NCBI GenBank assembly: GCA_045637805.1
Contig: JAZUAE010000021.1
Location: 1,638 to 65,637, forward strand
Length of the DNA: 64,000 bases
Direction: 5' to 3'
Source of the DNA: Clostridia bacterium
GTDB lineage: Bacteria > Bacillota > Clostridia > Christensenellales > UBA1242
In this document: piece by piece, positions 1 to 9,941 of the stretch
Position numbering within the stretch: the stretch's first letter is position 1
Layout of the letters: each line of letters begins with the position of its first letter
Program-made: the position numbers and the translations under genes
The notes under the pieces: generated by a model
Seen by the model: only the letters and a program-made list of their open reading frames with translations
Told to the model about the DNA's origin: nothing
Database searches by the model: none

Positions 1-4
1 CATA

Positions 5-946
5 ATGTCGCAAATGTTATGGTTTTTATTAAAATCTTCTAACCCAATCTCGGTTATTCAAGGGAAGGGGATACTTGTTGGAAATGGTAACATGATAAAT
101 GCAGCGGGAACATTCTTAGCTATTGCGATTCCGTTCTGTTTCTATCTTGCAAATAATAGTAAACGTGACTGGTTATATTGTGTTCTAGGATTATTAATAT
201 ATCTATTCCTGTTATTATCAGGATGTAGAGGTGGGTTATTAGTTGCAACACTTTTATTGCCAGTAGGTTTTATTATTTCAATGGTAAAAAGCAAAGAAAA
301 GAAAAGGTATTTTATTATCTTGATTTGTGCATCTATTGTTATAATTGCTGGTCTTGTTATGGTTATAATTAATAGAGATGTTGTGCTTGGTGCTTTTGTA
401 AGACTTGGATTGTCTGGTAACGGAAGAATAAAACTATATGAATTAGGTTGGGAGAATTTCTTAAAGACACCTATTACTGGAACAGGAATTTATGCTCCAG
501 AAGTTCTACCTGGTTTTCCTACTACAGTATATTATTATCATAATACGCCGCTTATGATATTGGCTTGTACAGGAATTGTTGGATTCGTAGGTTTTGCTTA
601 TTATTACTTTAAGAAATTTAAAATTTTCTTTACTAATGCAAGTTTGTTTAAGACATTTACACTTCTTGCATTAATTACAATTGAAGGATATGGTTTGTTT
701 GATATACACGGCTTTAATCCATTAATGGTTTTAATAACATTAATTTTCGTGGTAACTGCTGAAAACGAAGAGAATCCTGAAATGTTTAAGTCTGTAAAAG
801 AAGAGTTGCAGACATTTAAGGCTGAAATGAAAGAACTTACTGAAGATTTAAGGCCAAAGAAAAAAGAAGAAATAAGTTCACAGGCTGAATCTTCTGAGAA
901 AGAAAATAAAAAAGTAAAAAAGATAAGAAAAAATAACAAGCTGTAG
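5..946 (+). CDS. O-antigen ligase/Wzy_C-like polysaccharide polymerase membrane protein (probably 5'-truncated by the window edge)
   Basis: Multiple TM segments; SGCRGGLL, GR...WENFLKTPITGTG and YHN motifs typical of the O-antigen ligase family; frame is open to the window start. Confidence 0.7.
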   Translation: MSQMLWFLLKSSNPISVIQGKGILVGNGNMINAAGTFLAIAIPFCFYLANNSKRDWLYCVLGLLIYLFLLLSGCRGGLLVATLLLPVGFIISMVKSKEKKRYFIILICASIVIIAGLVMVIINRDVVLGAFVRLGLSGNGRIKLYELGWENFLKTPITGTGIYAPEVLPGFPTTVYYYHNTPLMILACTGIVGFVGFAYYYFKKFKIFFTNASLFKTFTLLALITIEGYGLFDIHGFNPLMVLITLIFVVTAENEENPEMFKSVKEELQTFKAEMKELTEDLRPKKKEEISSQAESSEKENKKVKKIRKNNKL

Positions 947-957
947 CTTGTTATTTT

Positions 958-1884
958 TTATCCTTTTAAAAATCCTTTGATTATAACATCTTCAGCTTCG
1001 GTAGGGGTTAATCCAAGTGTTAGAAGCTTTGTTAATTGATCGCCGGCAATTTTGCCGATTGCGGCTTCATGAACAAGGCTGGCGTTAACATCTTCAGCAA
1101 CAATTCTAGGTGTTGATGAAATTCTTGCTTTTCCAGTTATAATGCCATCGCACTCAACGTGACCAAAACATTCGTTTTTCCCTATAATGCAAGAATTGAA
1201 TTCTTGGTATGATTTGTCTTTTGCTACTGAACGACTGATTACATCAACTGATGATTCTTTGCCTATAAGTTCGACATTAAAGTCAGTAATTGCGGTTTGA
1301 TTTTCAGTTGTTAAAATACGTTCTTTAATCAAAAGTTTTGCATTGCTATGAATTTTAGCGCGTGTTGTTCGTTTTGATGAGGATACGCCTCCAAGTTGAA
1401 TGGTTTCCATTTCAAAACTTGAGTTGTTTTCTAACATTAAATCTGTAATCGGATTTAAAACCTTTTCATTTTTTGTACCTATACCCAAATGTTTTTCTAT
1501 ATATTTAACCTTTGCGTTTTTAGCCAAGTGAAAAGTGTGTATTCCATTATGTTCACTTTTTTCTTTACCAGTATTGTGTATACCACAACCAGCAACAATA
1601 GTAACACTTGCATTCTCGCCTATATAAAAGTCGTTGTAAACAATATCGTGAATATTTGCTTCAGATATAATAACAGGCAAGTGTACACTTTTGTTTTCTA
1701 CACCCGGTTTAACAATAATATCTATACCGTCTTTATCTTTTTTCGGCACAATTTGTATATCTTTATCTGATTGTCTAGCAATGCTTTGACCATTTTTTCT
1801 TATATTATAAGAGCCTTGAGGAATAGAATGGAGATCTGCTATTTCAGCTAAAAGGGATTTATCAATATTTGTTAAATTATTCAC
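958..1884 (-). CDS. sufB: SufB/SufD family Fe-S cluster assembly scaffold protein
   Basis: IVAGCGIH, GHVECDGII and LVHEAAIGKIAGDQL..L.TLGL...EAE..II.GFL motifs; overlaps the upstream sufC-like ATPase. Confidence 0.85.
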   Translation of the reverse strand: MNNLTNIDKSLLAEIADLHSIPQGSYNIRKNGQSIARQSDKDIQIVPKKDKDGIDIIVKPGVENKSVHLPVIISEANIHDIVYNDFYIGENASVTIVAGCGIHNTGKEKSEHNGIHTFHLAKNAKVKYIEKHLGIGTKNEKVLNPITDLMLENNSSFEMETIQLGGVSSSKRTTRAKIHSNAKLLIKERILTTENQTAITDFNVELIGKESSVDVISRSVAKDKSYQEFNSCIIGKNECFGHVECDGIITGKARISSTPRIVAEDVNASLVHEAAIGKIAGDQLTKLLTLGLTPTEAEDVIIKGFLKG

Positions 1885-2590
1885 TTTTACCTCCTAATCT
1901 ATCACAAGTAGTGTTATTAATCAAAGGCAACATTTTGTTTTTTGTACCAAAAATTGCAGGTTTTAAAGGAGATAATAAAACAATATTGTCTGCCATGTCT
2001 AATATCTTTTGCTGGTGGCTTACAATTATTACTGTTGCATCGGTTATTTCTTTGAAAAGAGAAATAAGATTTTCAAAACTCCAAAGATCAATGCCAGCTT
2101 CAGGTTCGTCAAAAAGAAAGACTTTTCCGCCTTTTGCAAGTGCTATAGCGAGCTCAATTCTTTTAAGCTCTCCGCCAGACAGTTTGTCATCAATATCGCG
2201 ATTAACATAGTCTTTTGCACATAATCCAACCTTTGACAAATAACTACAAGCCTCTGACAAAGTGTTAGTCTTTTTACTTGCAATATCTAATAAATCTTTA
2301 ACAGATAATCCTTTAAACTTAGTAGGTTGTTGAAAGGCCATAGTTATTCCAAGATTTGCACGATCGGTTATAGATAGGGAGGTGATATCTTTTTTCTTAA
2401 AAACAATTTTACCTTTCGTTGGTTTTATTATTCCCATAATAAGTTTTATAATAGTAGATTTGCCACTGCCATTTTGACCAGTTATAACATTAATTTTATT
2501 TGTTTCAAATGACAAATTGATATCCTTTAAGATATCTCTTTCAACATTGTTTTGTTTTACACTATAACTAATATTTGATAATTCTAACAT
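1877..2590 (-). CDS. sufC: SufC-like ABC ATPase
   Basis: Walker A GQNGSGKS, AFQQP, LSGGELKRIE signature, FDEPEAGIDLW; coupled to sufB. Confidence 0.85.
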   Translation of the reverse strand: MLELSNISYSVKQNNVERDILKDINLSFETNKINVITGQNGSGKSTIIKLIMGIIKPTKGKIVFKKKDITSLSITDRANLGITMAFQQPTKFKGLSVKDLLDIASKKTNTLSEACSYLSKVGLCAKDYVNRDIDDKLSGGELKRIELAIALAKGGKVFLFDEPEAGIDLWSFENLISLFKEITDATVIIVSHQQKILDMADNIVLLSPLKPAIFGTKNKMLPLINNTTCDRLGGKSE

Positions 2591-2645
2591 ATTTTATATT
2601 TTAGATTATAAAAATAAATTAGTCAATAGAAATAATAAATAAAAA

Positions 2646-2669
2646 AATACTCACTATTTTGTGAGTATT
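2646..2669 (-). terminator. Intrinsic terminator after the dnaC-like gene
   Basis: AATACTCAC/GTGAGTATT inverted repeat flanked by A/T tracts. Confidence 0.6.
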
Positions 2670-3618
2670 ATTTTTTTATAAATCTTAAGTCGTCGCCATC
2701 AATTTTTGTTATAAAGCTTGATTGTTTATTTACAATACGGCTATAAATTCTTTCGCCATATCTATTTATGATATTTTCCATTGTAAGATTTGTTGTAATT
2801 ATGGTTGCTTTGTTATTTCTAACTCTTTCAGACAAAACAAGGTATAAATATTCTATTGTGATATTTTTCAAAATAGGCTCAGTCCCAAGATCATCAATTA
2901 TTAATACGTCTGGATCAAGAAGCATGTCAATATAAGAAGATTTTGTCTCATTAAATGTTGAATGATATTTTAAAAGAAGATTATTCATTCCAAAAGCTGT
3001 TACAAAAGAAACCAAATGTCCTTTATCTATAATATATCTTGCAACACATTGTGAAAGAAATGTTTTTCCCACACCTGTTTTTCCGGTTAACAATATTGTT
3101 TTTGCTTTATTATTAGGAAACTCATTTGCCCATTTAATAAAAAAGTTTTTAAGAGCAGTAAGCTCCTTTTGTTGTTCAGCGTTTGTTGCTATTTCCGGGT
3201 TATAATCCTTAAAGTCAGCAAGTTCATTCTTTCCAAGTCCACTTTGTGTAATCATTTCTTCATGCAGTTTTTGTTTAAAACAGCTACACATACCACCCGA
3301 TCTAAAACCAACGTCTTCACATAATTTACATTCATAATTTGGCAATAGAGATTGTGGGTTTATGCCTAATCTATTTAAAACCTGTTCTTTTTTTGCCATG
3401 ATTTCATTATATGTGCGTTCGTGCGAAGAGTGATCAATGCCGTTAGCTTTTTGTTTCGCAATTTCAAAAACTATTTCACGCTCTTGTTTTTCAAGTAGAT
3501 TGTATTCTCTGTCTTGTCTTGCTTGCACTAAAAAGGAATAGGCGATACCTTGCGCCTTTGCACGCTTTTCAGCAAACTTTGACTTTAAATCATTAATCAG
3601 AGATGTTCTATCCATCAC
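2668..3618 (-). CDS. DnaC/DnaI-like replicative helicase loader (AAA+ ATPase)
   Basis: Zn motif CxxC...CxC, Walker A GKTGVGKT, Walker B LIIDDLGTE, TTNL, ERIYSRI; translationally coupled to a DnaD-domain gene. Confidence 0.85.
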   Translation of the reverse strand: MMDRTSLINDLKSKFAEKRAKAQGIAYSFLVQARQDREYNLLEKQEREIVFEIAKQKANGIDHSSHERTYNEIMAKKEQVLNRLGINPQSLLPNYECKLCEDVGFRSGGMCSCFKQKLHEEMITQSGLGKNELADFKDYNPEIATNAEQQKELTALKNFFIKWANEFPNNKAKTILLTGKTGVGKTFLSQCVARYIIDKGHLVSFVTAFGMNNLLLKYHSTFNETKSSYIDMLLDPDVLIIDDLGTEPILKNITIEYLYLVLSERVRNNKATIITTNLTMENIINRYGERIYSRIVNKQSSFITKIDGDDLRFIKK

Positions 3619-5072
3619 TATACCTCAATATCGTCAAGGGAATCAAATAATGCATCTAATTCCTCTTTCTTATAATCACGCATTTCATAATTAAGTGCGG
3701 TGTTGTTATTTGTACTTGGTGTTGATATATTCATATTCTCAAGACGTTTCTTTATAACGGTAATGTCTGATATTTTTTCAGCATAAAAGTTTGATAATAC
3801 TTTATTCATATATTGAATAGGTTGACTCTTACCTGCACTAGACGCAGCAACAAGCATGATTATTTCATGAGTAAAGTTCCAAGCTGAAGTCCAAGTGTTA
3901 TAAAAATCACGGTCGTATGTATTAACAAGTCGAGTAATTTTACAATTGTCTAAAACTTCACGAATGTTGTTGTCGATATTTGCCAAGCCTTGAATGTATT
4001 CATTAATTGATTGAAGTGATACAAGTCCGAGCTTAAAAAATTTACATATTATAGAGTTTACACCTTCAAGTGTTCTTATGCTTTGTTTAAAGCAATAAGT
4101 TGCAATGGCTTTGAGTGTTTCACTGTCATACCCCTTTTTGAGCCAGTCTGTTATGTATGTATCCACAACGCTTTCAAGATTTTGATAGTAGAGACCGATG
4201 GTCTTTGAAATTTCTCTTGCAAGAGTAAACATAGATTCTTTTGATTCATTGAAACTAGCAATGTCTTCCATGCTAAATAGTTTTTGCTCAGCATATTTTT
4301 TAAGGGATTCATCAAGTTTGGCGAATCCGCCTTTTTTCTTTTGAAGTTTAGCCACTTCTAAAATTGTGCCTTGTGCGAAGCCATAAGTGTTTATCCACTT
4401 AAGATACATGTTTCGTTCTTCAAGATCAGCATCACGTTTTAGTCCAAGAGTTGATAATACTTCTTTAATTTCTTTTCCTGCTCGCTCTTGCTCTAAAAAT
4501 TTAGCCTCTAATGCCGCAGCGCTCTTAATACCTTCTTGTTCGAAGCTTCTTGCCACTGTTAAAATGTAAGGGTAATTAACAGATGTGTTTTTTAGTGTTG
4601 TGCAGTATTTAATTATCATTACAAGAGCCTCAGGCTCAAAGTGATAAGATTCGATTAAGTGATAGTACTCGTTATATTCATTAGGACGAATCATTCTCCC
4701 GCTTAATATTTGTTGAACTTGATTATTGAAATCCTCATACTGGCTTTTAACTCGTAATTTTGCGCTGCCAGAATGTGATTTAATAGGTAAATATTTTATC
4801 TCAATAGGGTCATTTGAAATGATTTGAACAATTCCCATATCTTGCCAGTACGAATAGGCATCGATAATTTCATCTTCAGTCATTTTTAAAATAATAGACA
4901 TACTGCTAAGGGAATTGTCATCAGAATATGGGTTGGTGCATTGACTTAGTCCGTATAAATATACTTTTACATATCCGTCAGGAGCTTTTGGTAAAAACTC
5001 ATTTATAAATGCGTTATCAACAGATGTTGTACCGTCCATAACAAGTGAACTTGAAAACGAACATAATCCCAT
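3618..5072 (-). CDS. DnaD/DnaB-domain primosome protein
   Basis: N-terminal VDNAFINEFLPKAP..YVKVYLYGL and repeated DnaD-like helical units (YI..V...W); clostridial dnaD-dnaC arrangement. Confidence 0.8.
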   Translation of the reverse strand: MGLCSFSSSLVMDGTTSVDNAFINEFLPKAPDGYVKVYLYGLSQCTNPYSDDNSLSSMSIILKMTEDEIIDAYSYWQDMGIVQIISNDPIEIKYLPIKSHSGSAKLRVKSQYEDFNNQVQQILSGRMIRPNEYNEYYHLIESYHFEPEALVMIIKYCTTLKNTSVNYPYILTVARSFEQEGIKSAAALEAKFLEQERAGKEIKEVLSTLGLKRDADLEERNMYLKWINTYGFAQGTILEVAKLQKKKGGFAKLDESLKKYAEQKLFSMEDIASFNESKESMFTLAREISKTIGLYYQNLESVVDTYITDWLKKGYDSETLKAIATYCFKQSIRTLEGVNSIICKFFKLGLVSLQSINEYIQGLANIDNNIREVLDNCKITRLVNTYDRDFYNTWTSAWNFTHEIIMLVAASSAGKSQPIQYMNKVLSNFYAEKISDITVIKKRLENMNISTPSTNNNTALNYEMRDYKKEELDALFDSLDDIEV

Positions 5073-5169
5073 GGCTGCCCCCTTTTACTTGATTTTTTGT
5101 TTCTATGTACTTATAATAACATTAACAAAATTAAAAAACAACATTTTTCAGAAAAAAGGAAAAAGTCAT

Positions 5170-6330
5170 ATGAAAATATTACATACTGCAGACTGGCATT
5201 TAGGAGATAAATTCAACGGCGTAAATAGAATAGATGAACAGAGCAAAATTATAGATGAAATAATAGATATTGCCAACGAAAATTCTGTAGATATGGTTTT
5301 GGTTTGTGGTGATGTTTATAATACTTCAAACCCTAGCAGTGAAGCTGAAGAGTTGTTTTTTTCAAGCATTGAAAGGTTGAGCAATCATGGCGAAAGAATT
5401 GTGTTTGTTATCTCAGGTAATCATGACGATCCAGAAAGACTACAAGCGGCTAGAGGTCTTGCAAATACACACAACATAGTTCTTGCAGGAGAACTTGACT
5501 TAACGGGTAAAAAATATAAAAGCAATTCAAGTGTCAAAATCACCGAGGCGGGATACGGCTATGTAAAAGTGTGCAAGTGTGAAGAAAAAGTAACACTTGC
5601 ATTTTTACCTTACTCCAACAATGCTCGTATGGGGGATAGCAAAACAGAATTAAGTTATGCAGAAAAAGTTGCTATTTGGATTGAGCCTGGAATTAGCAAG
5701 TTTGAAAATGATTCATTTAATATGCTTGCAATGCATTTATTTGTTGCGGGTTCAAGAATAAAGGGTGAAGAGGTGCAGATTGGTGGAGTGATGAGTGTTC
5801 CGCATACAATATGTGAAGACTGCGATTATGTTGCATTAGGGCATATCCATACTAACCAAAAGATAGGACGCAATGTATATTATAGTGGGTCGACGATTAG
5901 AAGACATGTAGTAAATATGGACCCCTCCGTAAATATAATTACTACTAAAAATAACAAACTAGAAGATGTAAAAGTTATTGAATTAAAATCTCCTGTGCAA
6001 TTTGCTAGAATAATTGTTACAAGTTTCAATGAGGCTGAAACGGAACTTTCAAAATACGATAATCAGGACATTATTGAGTTGGTATTTAAAACAAGTGAGC
6101 CGTTGTCTAGTAGTGCGTTAAAAGATCTAAAAAAATCGTATAAATGTATACGAAATATAGCATTTGAGTTGGAATTGAAACAAGCCGATAAAGAATATAA
6201 ACAATTAAGAGAATTATCTGGTGAAGAATTGTTTAGCAGATTTTATATGAAACAAAGAGGCGTGTTGCCTAGAAAGGAACTTGTGGATTTCTTTATTGAA
6301 TGTGGAGGTGATAAAGGTGAAACCGATTAA
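5170..6330 (+). CDS. sbcD: SbcD (Mre11-like) nuclease subunit
   Basis: MKILHTADWHLG, GD, SGNHD, ALGHIH, YYSGS metallophosphoesterase motifs; start moved to ATG 5170 behind AAGGA. Confidence 0.92.
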   Translation: MKILHTADWHLGDKFNGVNRIDEQSKIIDEIIDIANENSVDMVLVCGDVYNTSNPSSEAEELFFSSIERLSNHGERIVFVISGNHDDPERLQAARGLANTHNIVLAGELDLTGKKYKSNSSVKITEAGYGYVKVCKCEEKVTLAFLPYSNNARMGDSKTELSYAEKVAIWIEPGISKFENDSFNMLAMHLFVAGSRIKGEEVQIGGVMSVPHTICEDCDYVALGHIHTNQKIGRNVYYSGSTIRRHVVNMDPSVNIITTKNNKLEDVKVIELKSPVQFARIIVTSFNEAETELSKYDNQDIIELVFKTSEPLSSSALKDLKKSYKCIRNIAFELELKQADKEYKQLRELSGEELFSRFYMKQRGVLPRKELVDFFIECGGDKGETD

Positions 6331-9300
6331 ATTAGAAATTAGTGGACTCCAAAGTTTCATTGAGAAACAAACAATAGATTTTTCCGCTGTTGAAAGTGGA
6401 ATTTTTGGTATTTTTGGAAAAACTGGAAGTGGCAAGTCAACAATTCTTGATGGTATCACTCTTGCTCTTTATGGATACGTTAATAGAATTTCAAAAAATG
6501 CAGAATTTATAAACGCTAAGTGTAACAGGGCAGAGGTTTGTTTGGAGTTTGAGTGTGATGACCGCTTTTATGAAGTTGTAAGAGAGTTTAAACTTAAGAA
6601 AAACAATAATGGAGTTGATTCTTCTGCTGAGTTAAGAATTAAAGATGGAGAAGAATGGAAGGTGATAGCTGAGGGTCCATTCCAAGTAGATAAAAAAGTC
6701 GAAGAAATAGTTGGTTTATCTCCAACGGAGTTTTGTCAGGTAATAGCTTTGCCGCAGGGCAAGTTTGCTGAATTTTTGCAAGCAAAACCGGCAGAAAGAA
6801 CCTCACTCATATCTAACATTTTTGGCATAACAGAATACGCAGAAAAGTTATACAATAATGCAAAAGACAATTTAAACAAATCAGAAAAAGAACTCAGTAT
6901 TTTAGAGGCTGAAAAAGATGGAGTTGGCAATGTTTCAATCGTTGATATTGATGAAAAACAATCACTTTTTGAAGCTCAAGAAAATGAATTAAAAGAGTTG
7001 AATTTTAAAGTTGAAAACCTGAGTGCCGAGTATTTAAATTTGGTTGAGAATTCTTCATTAAAAAAAGATCAGTTAAGATTGAAATCAGAACTTGAAGAAT
7101 TGTATAAAAAAAGTGGAGATATTAAGCAAGACAAAAATAGACTTGCTCAGTATGAGAATGCTAAAAAATTAGAAATCTATGTTTTAAACAAAGAAAGATT
7201 AGAAAATCAACTTAATGAATTAAACGACGAAGTAACGGCCTTACGCGAACAAAAGCAAGAACAGGAAATGTTCTTTCGTGACTATGAGGAACAATATAAA
7301 AAGTTTGAAGCAATTCAAAAAAGCGCATTAATAGAACTTGATGCTAAAAAGGTTAAAATTTTAGAACTTGAAGAAGATAGGGTATTAACTCAAAAACTTA
7401 ATCAAGAAAAAGAAAGATTACTAGGTGAACTTGAAAATAAAAATAATCAATATGAAGATATAATTTTACAAATACAAACAATAGATAAATCTTTAGACAA
7501 TATTGAAAAAAATATATTGCAGCTTCGTCAAGAAAAAAATGAATATGAAATCAGCAAAAACAAATTAGGTATAGTTGCAGAAAACAAGTCAATCGAGTCT
7601 GAAATTATGCTTATTGAAGATTTTGAAAAACAAATCGAAAGAGTAATTGAAAATTACAAACAAGAATTAGAAGATTATAAAAAAGATTATACGGCAATAT
7701 ATAAAGCTGAACGAGATAACGCGCAAAAAATCAATGAGATTAGTGTGTCCCTTGATAAGGTTTTAGGTAAGTCTGGAAAGCCGATTGTTGAAAGATATAA
7801 AGATGTGCTAGGCAAATTGTCAAACATGGACAATGTTCAGGATAAATATGATTTTCTAGCTCTTACAAATGAAAAAACCAAATCAGAAACAATTAATTTC
7901 ATTGAAAAGGTTAAAGAACTTGAAAGCCAAAGTGAAAAAATTAAGTCTTCATTGCAGGAAAAAATACAATTTACAAACAAACTTGAAAGTGAATTAAAAA
8001 ATGCACAAATAAAAAGAGAAGAGTTTTTAGGTGAAAATTTGCTTTCGCTTCTTGTGCAAAATGTAGACATAGGTGATTCTTGTCCCGTTTGTAAAGGGAA
8101 AGTTGCAACAAAAAATACTATACCAAGTAGCGACATATCGGGGCTAGATAGAGAGATCGCAAATACACGTAGCACCTTATCTCTTGCTAGAAAAGACAAA
8201 GAAAAAACCGAGTGCAGCCTTGCAACTGTTAATGCACAAATTCAGTTCTTAAAATCTCAAATAGAAATCAATAAAGCAAAATATGAAAATGTGAAGAGTG
8301 CACAAGAAAAGCTTTATATGTGTTTTGTTGATAAAAATGATAAGCAAGCTGACAACTTTAAAAGTATGCACGAGGCAACTTTTGCGGCATCTATAGCTCT
8401 TGAAAAATTATTGATTGAAAAAGATAAAATGGTAAACTCATCTTTGTCTATTATTGAAGAAAGAGTAGAATGTGGGGCAAAAATTCAATCAATAAATGAA
8501 TACATCGAGAAGTTGACAGATGTTTTATATTATTTAGAAAAGCTGAGGGCAGAAAGGGAGTTTTCTATATATAATGTCCAGAACGAATCAGGTTTAGATT
8601 ATAAAAAGGCAAGTAAAAAATTAAATGAGATATGTGATAAAATAGAGGATTTATCTGAATCTTTAGTAAATGCGGAAAAAGAAAAGGAAAAACAAGCAAA
8701 TAGCAAGCTCGAATTAACTAAGGCTATGGGGTTAAATCTTGCAGAAAAGGGAGCTATTGAAATAAAGATTGAAAATATTTCAGAGTCAATTAATAGCAAA
8801 GATGAAAAGTTTGCTAAACTCGGAATTGAAATAGAAAATGATGAAAATCCATTAGATCAAATAAATAAAAAACAGATAGAGCTTCAAAACAAGGCCGAAG
8901 AATTTCAATCAACATATAATGCCAAGATTGAACAAAAACAAAAAAGCGAAAAAGATTATAATTTAAAAATGGCAATTTTGCATGATAAAAATGAGGAGCT
9001 TCGAGAAGTTGAGGCTAAGCTTTCAAATTTATCTAGAACTCTTGGTTTTGAAAACGTTGAGGAAGTTAAGCGAAATATTGTAGATGATTCTATGATGAAT
9101 GAATTAAAAAATTATATTGAAGAATTTGAGAAGAGAGTAAGTATTGTAAATGTACAACTCGCGAATATAAAAGAGAAGGTGGGCACTGCTGAAATCGATG
9201 TTGATAAGGTTGATAAAATTAAGGTAGAACTTGATCAATTAAAAATTAAACTTAGCGAAAAACAGGTTTATTTTGGCGTATTACAAGCACAGCTTAGTGA

Positions 9301-9871
9301 AATGAAAAGTAAAAAATCAAAGATTGATAAGATCGATGAGAAACTGCCATTGCTTCGTAAAAAGTATGATTTGGCAAAAGAACTTTTTGCACTCCTTCGA
9401 GGAAAGACTTTGGCTGAATTTATGGCAAATGAGTATGTGGATATGATTATAGGTTTTGCAAATGAAAAACTTAGAATTTTAGACGGCGGCAGATATAAAC
9501 TTTTTTATGAAAATAAGGAGTTTTACGTAGAAGATAATCTCAATGATGGAGCAAAGCGAATTGTATCAACCTTGTCTGGTGGTGAAACGTTTTTAGTAAG
9601 TTTGGCACTGGCGTTGTCAATATCTGATGTTATTTCTCTTCAATCGGATAAAAAAATAGATTTCTTTTTCTTAGATGAGGGCTTTGGAACTCTTGATGGT
9701 GAGTTGTGTCAAACGGTAATCGAGGCACTATATAAACTTAAAAGTGCAAACTTAAATATAGGATTAATATCTCATGTAAAGGAATTGCAAAATGCATTGC
9801 AGTTTAAATTCATGGTTACTAAAGCTAACGAGAATAGTGGTTCAAAAGTTCGTTTAGAGGTTGGGTTATAG
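6317..9871 (+). CDS. sbcC: SbcC (Rad50-like) SMC ATPase
   Basis: Walker A GKTGSGKS, LPQGKF, long coiled coils, CPVC zinc hook, LSGGE, FLDEGFGTLD; GTG start at 6317 behind GGAGG. Confidence 0.92.
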   Translation: MKPIKLEISGLQSFIEKQTIDFSAVESGIFGIFGKTGSGKSTILDGITLALYGYVNRISKNAEFINAKCNRAEVCLEFECDDRFYEVVREFKLKKNNNGVDSSAELRIKDGEEWKVIAEGPFQVDKKVEEIVGLSPTEFCQVIALPQGKFAEFLQAKPAERTSLISNIFGITEYAEKLYNNAKDNLNKSEKELSILEAEKDGVGNVSIVDIDEKQSLFEAQENELKELNFKVENLSAEYLNLVENSSLKKDQLRLKSELEELYKKSGDIKQDKNRLAQYENAKKLEIYVLNKERLENQLNELNDEVTALREQKQEQEMFFRDYEEQYKKFEAIQKSALIELDAKKVKILELEEDRVLTQKLNQEKERLLGELENKNNQYEDIILQIQTIDKSLDNIEKNILQLRQEKNEYEISKNKLGIVAENKSIESEIMLIEDFEKQIERVIENYKQELEDYKKDYTAIYKAERDNAQKINEISVSLDKVLGKSGKPIVERYKDVLGKLSNMDNVQDKYDFLALTNEKTKSETINFIEKVKELESQSEKIKSSLQEKIQFTNKLESELKNAQIKREEFLGENLLSLLVQNVDIGDSCPVCKGKVATKNTIPSSDISGLDREIANTRSTLSLARKDKEKTECSLATVNAQIQFLKSQIEINKAKYENVKSAQEKLYMCFVDKNDKQADNFKSMHEATFAASIALEKLLIEKDKMVNSSLSIIEERVECGAKIQSINEYIEKLTDVLYYLEKLRAEREFSIYNVQNESGLDYKKASKKLNEICDKIEDLSESLVNAEKEKEKQANSKLELTKAMGLNLAEKGAIEIKIENISESINSKDEKFAKLGIEIENDENPLDQINKKQIELQNKAEEFQSTYNAKIEQKQKSEKDYNLKMAILHDKNEELREVEAKLSNLSRTLGFENVEEVKRNIVDDSMMNELKNYIEEFEKRVSIVNVQLANIKEKVGTAEIDVDKVDKIKVELDQLKIKLSEKQVYFGVLQAQLSEMKSKKSKIDKIDEKLPLLRKKYDLAKELFALLRGKTLAEFMANEYVDMIIGFANEKLRILDGGRYKLFYENKEFYVEDNLNDGAKRIVSTLSGGETFLVSLALALSISDVISLQSDKKIDFFFLDEGFGTLDGELCQTVIEALYKLKSANLNIGLISHVKELQNALQFKFMVTKANENSGSKVRLEVGL

Positions 9872-9941
9872 TAATATATAAAATATACTTTACTTTTTTA
9901 ATTGATGTATGCGATAATATTATTAATATACTGAGGTAAAA

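Noticed and set aside
2668-3618. IS21 IstB helper ATPase or prophage replication module
   Set aside because: No IstA transposase or phage genes nearby; the N-terminal coiled coil, Zn motif and coupling to dnaD match the chromosomal clostridial loader
5170-9871. SbcCD as an SMC-type defence system (Wadjet/Lamassu-like)
   Set aside because: Ordinary sbcD-sbcC pair with zinc hook and no accessory effector genes
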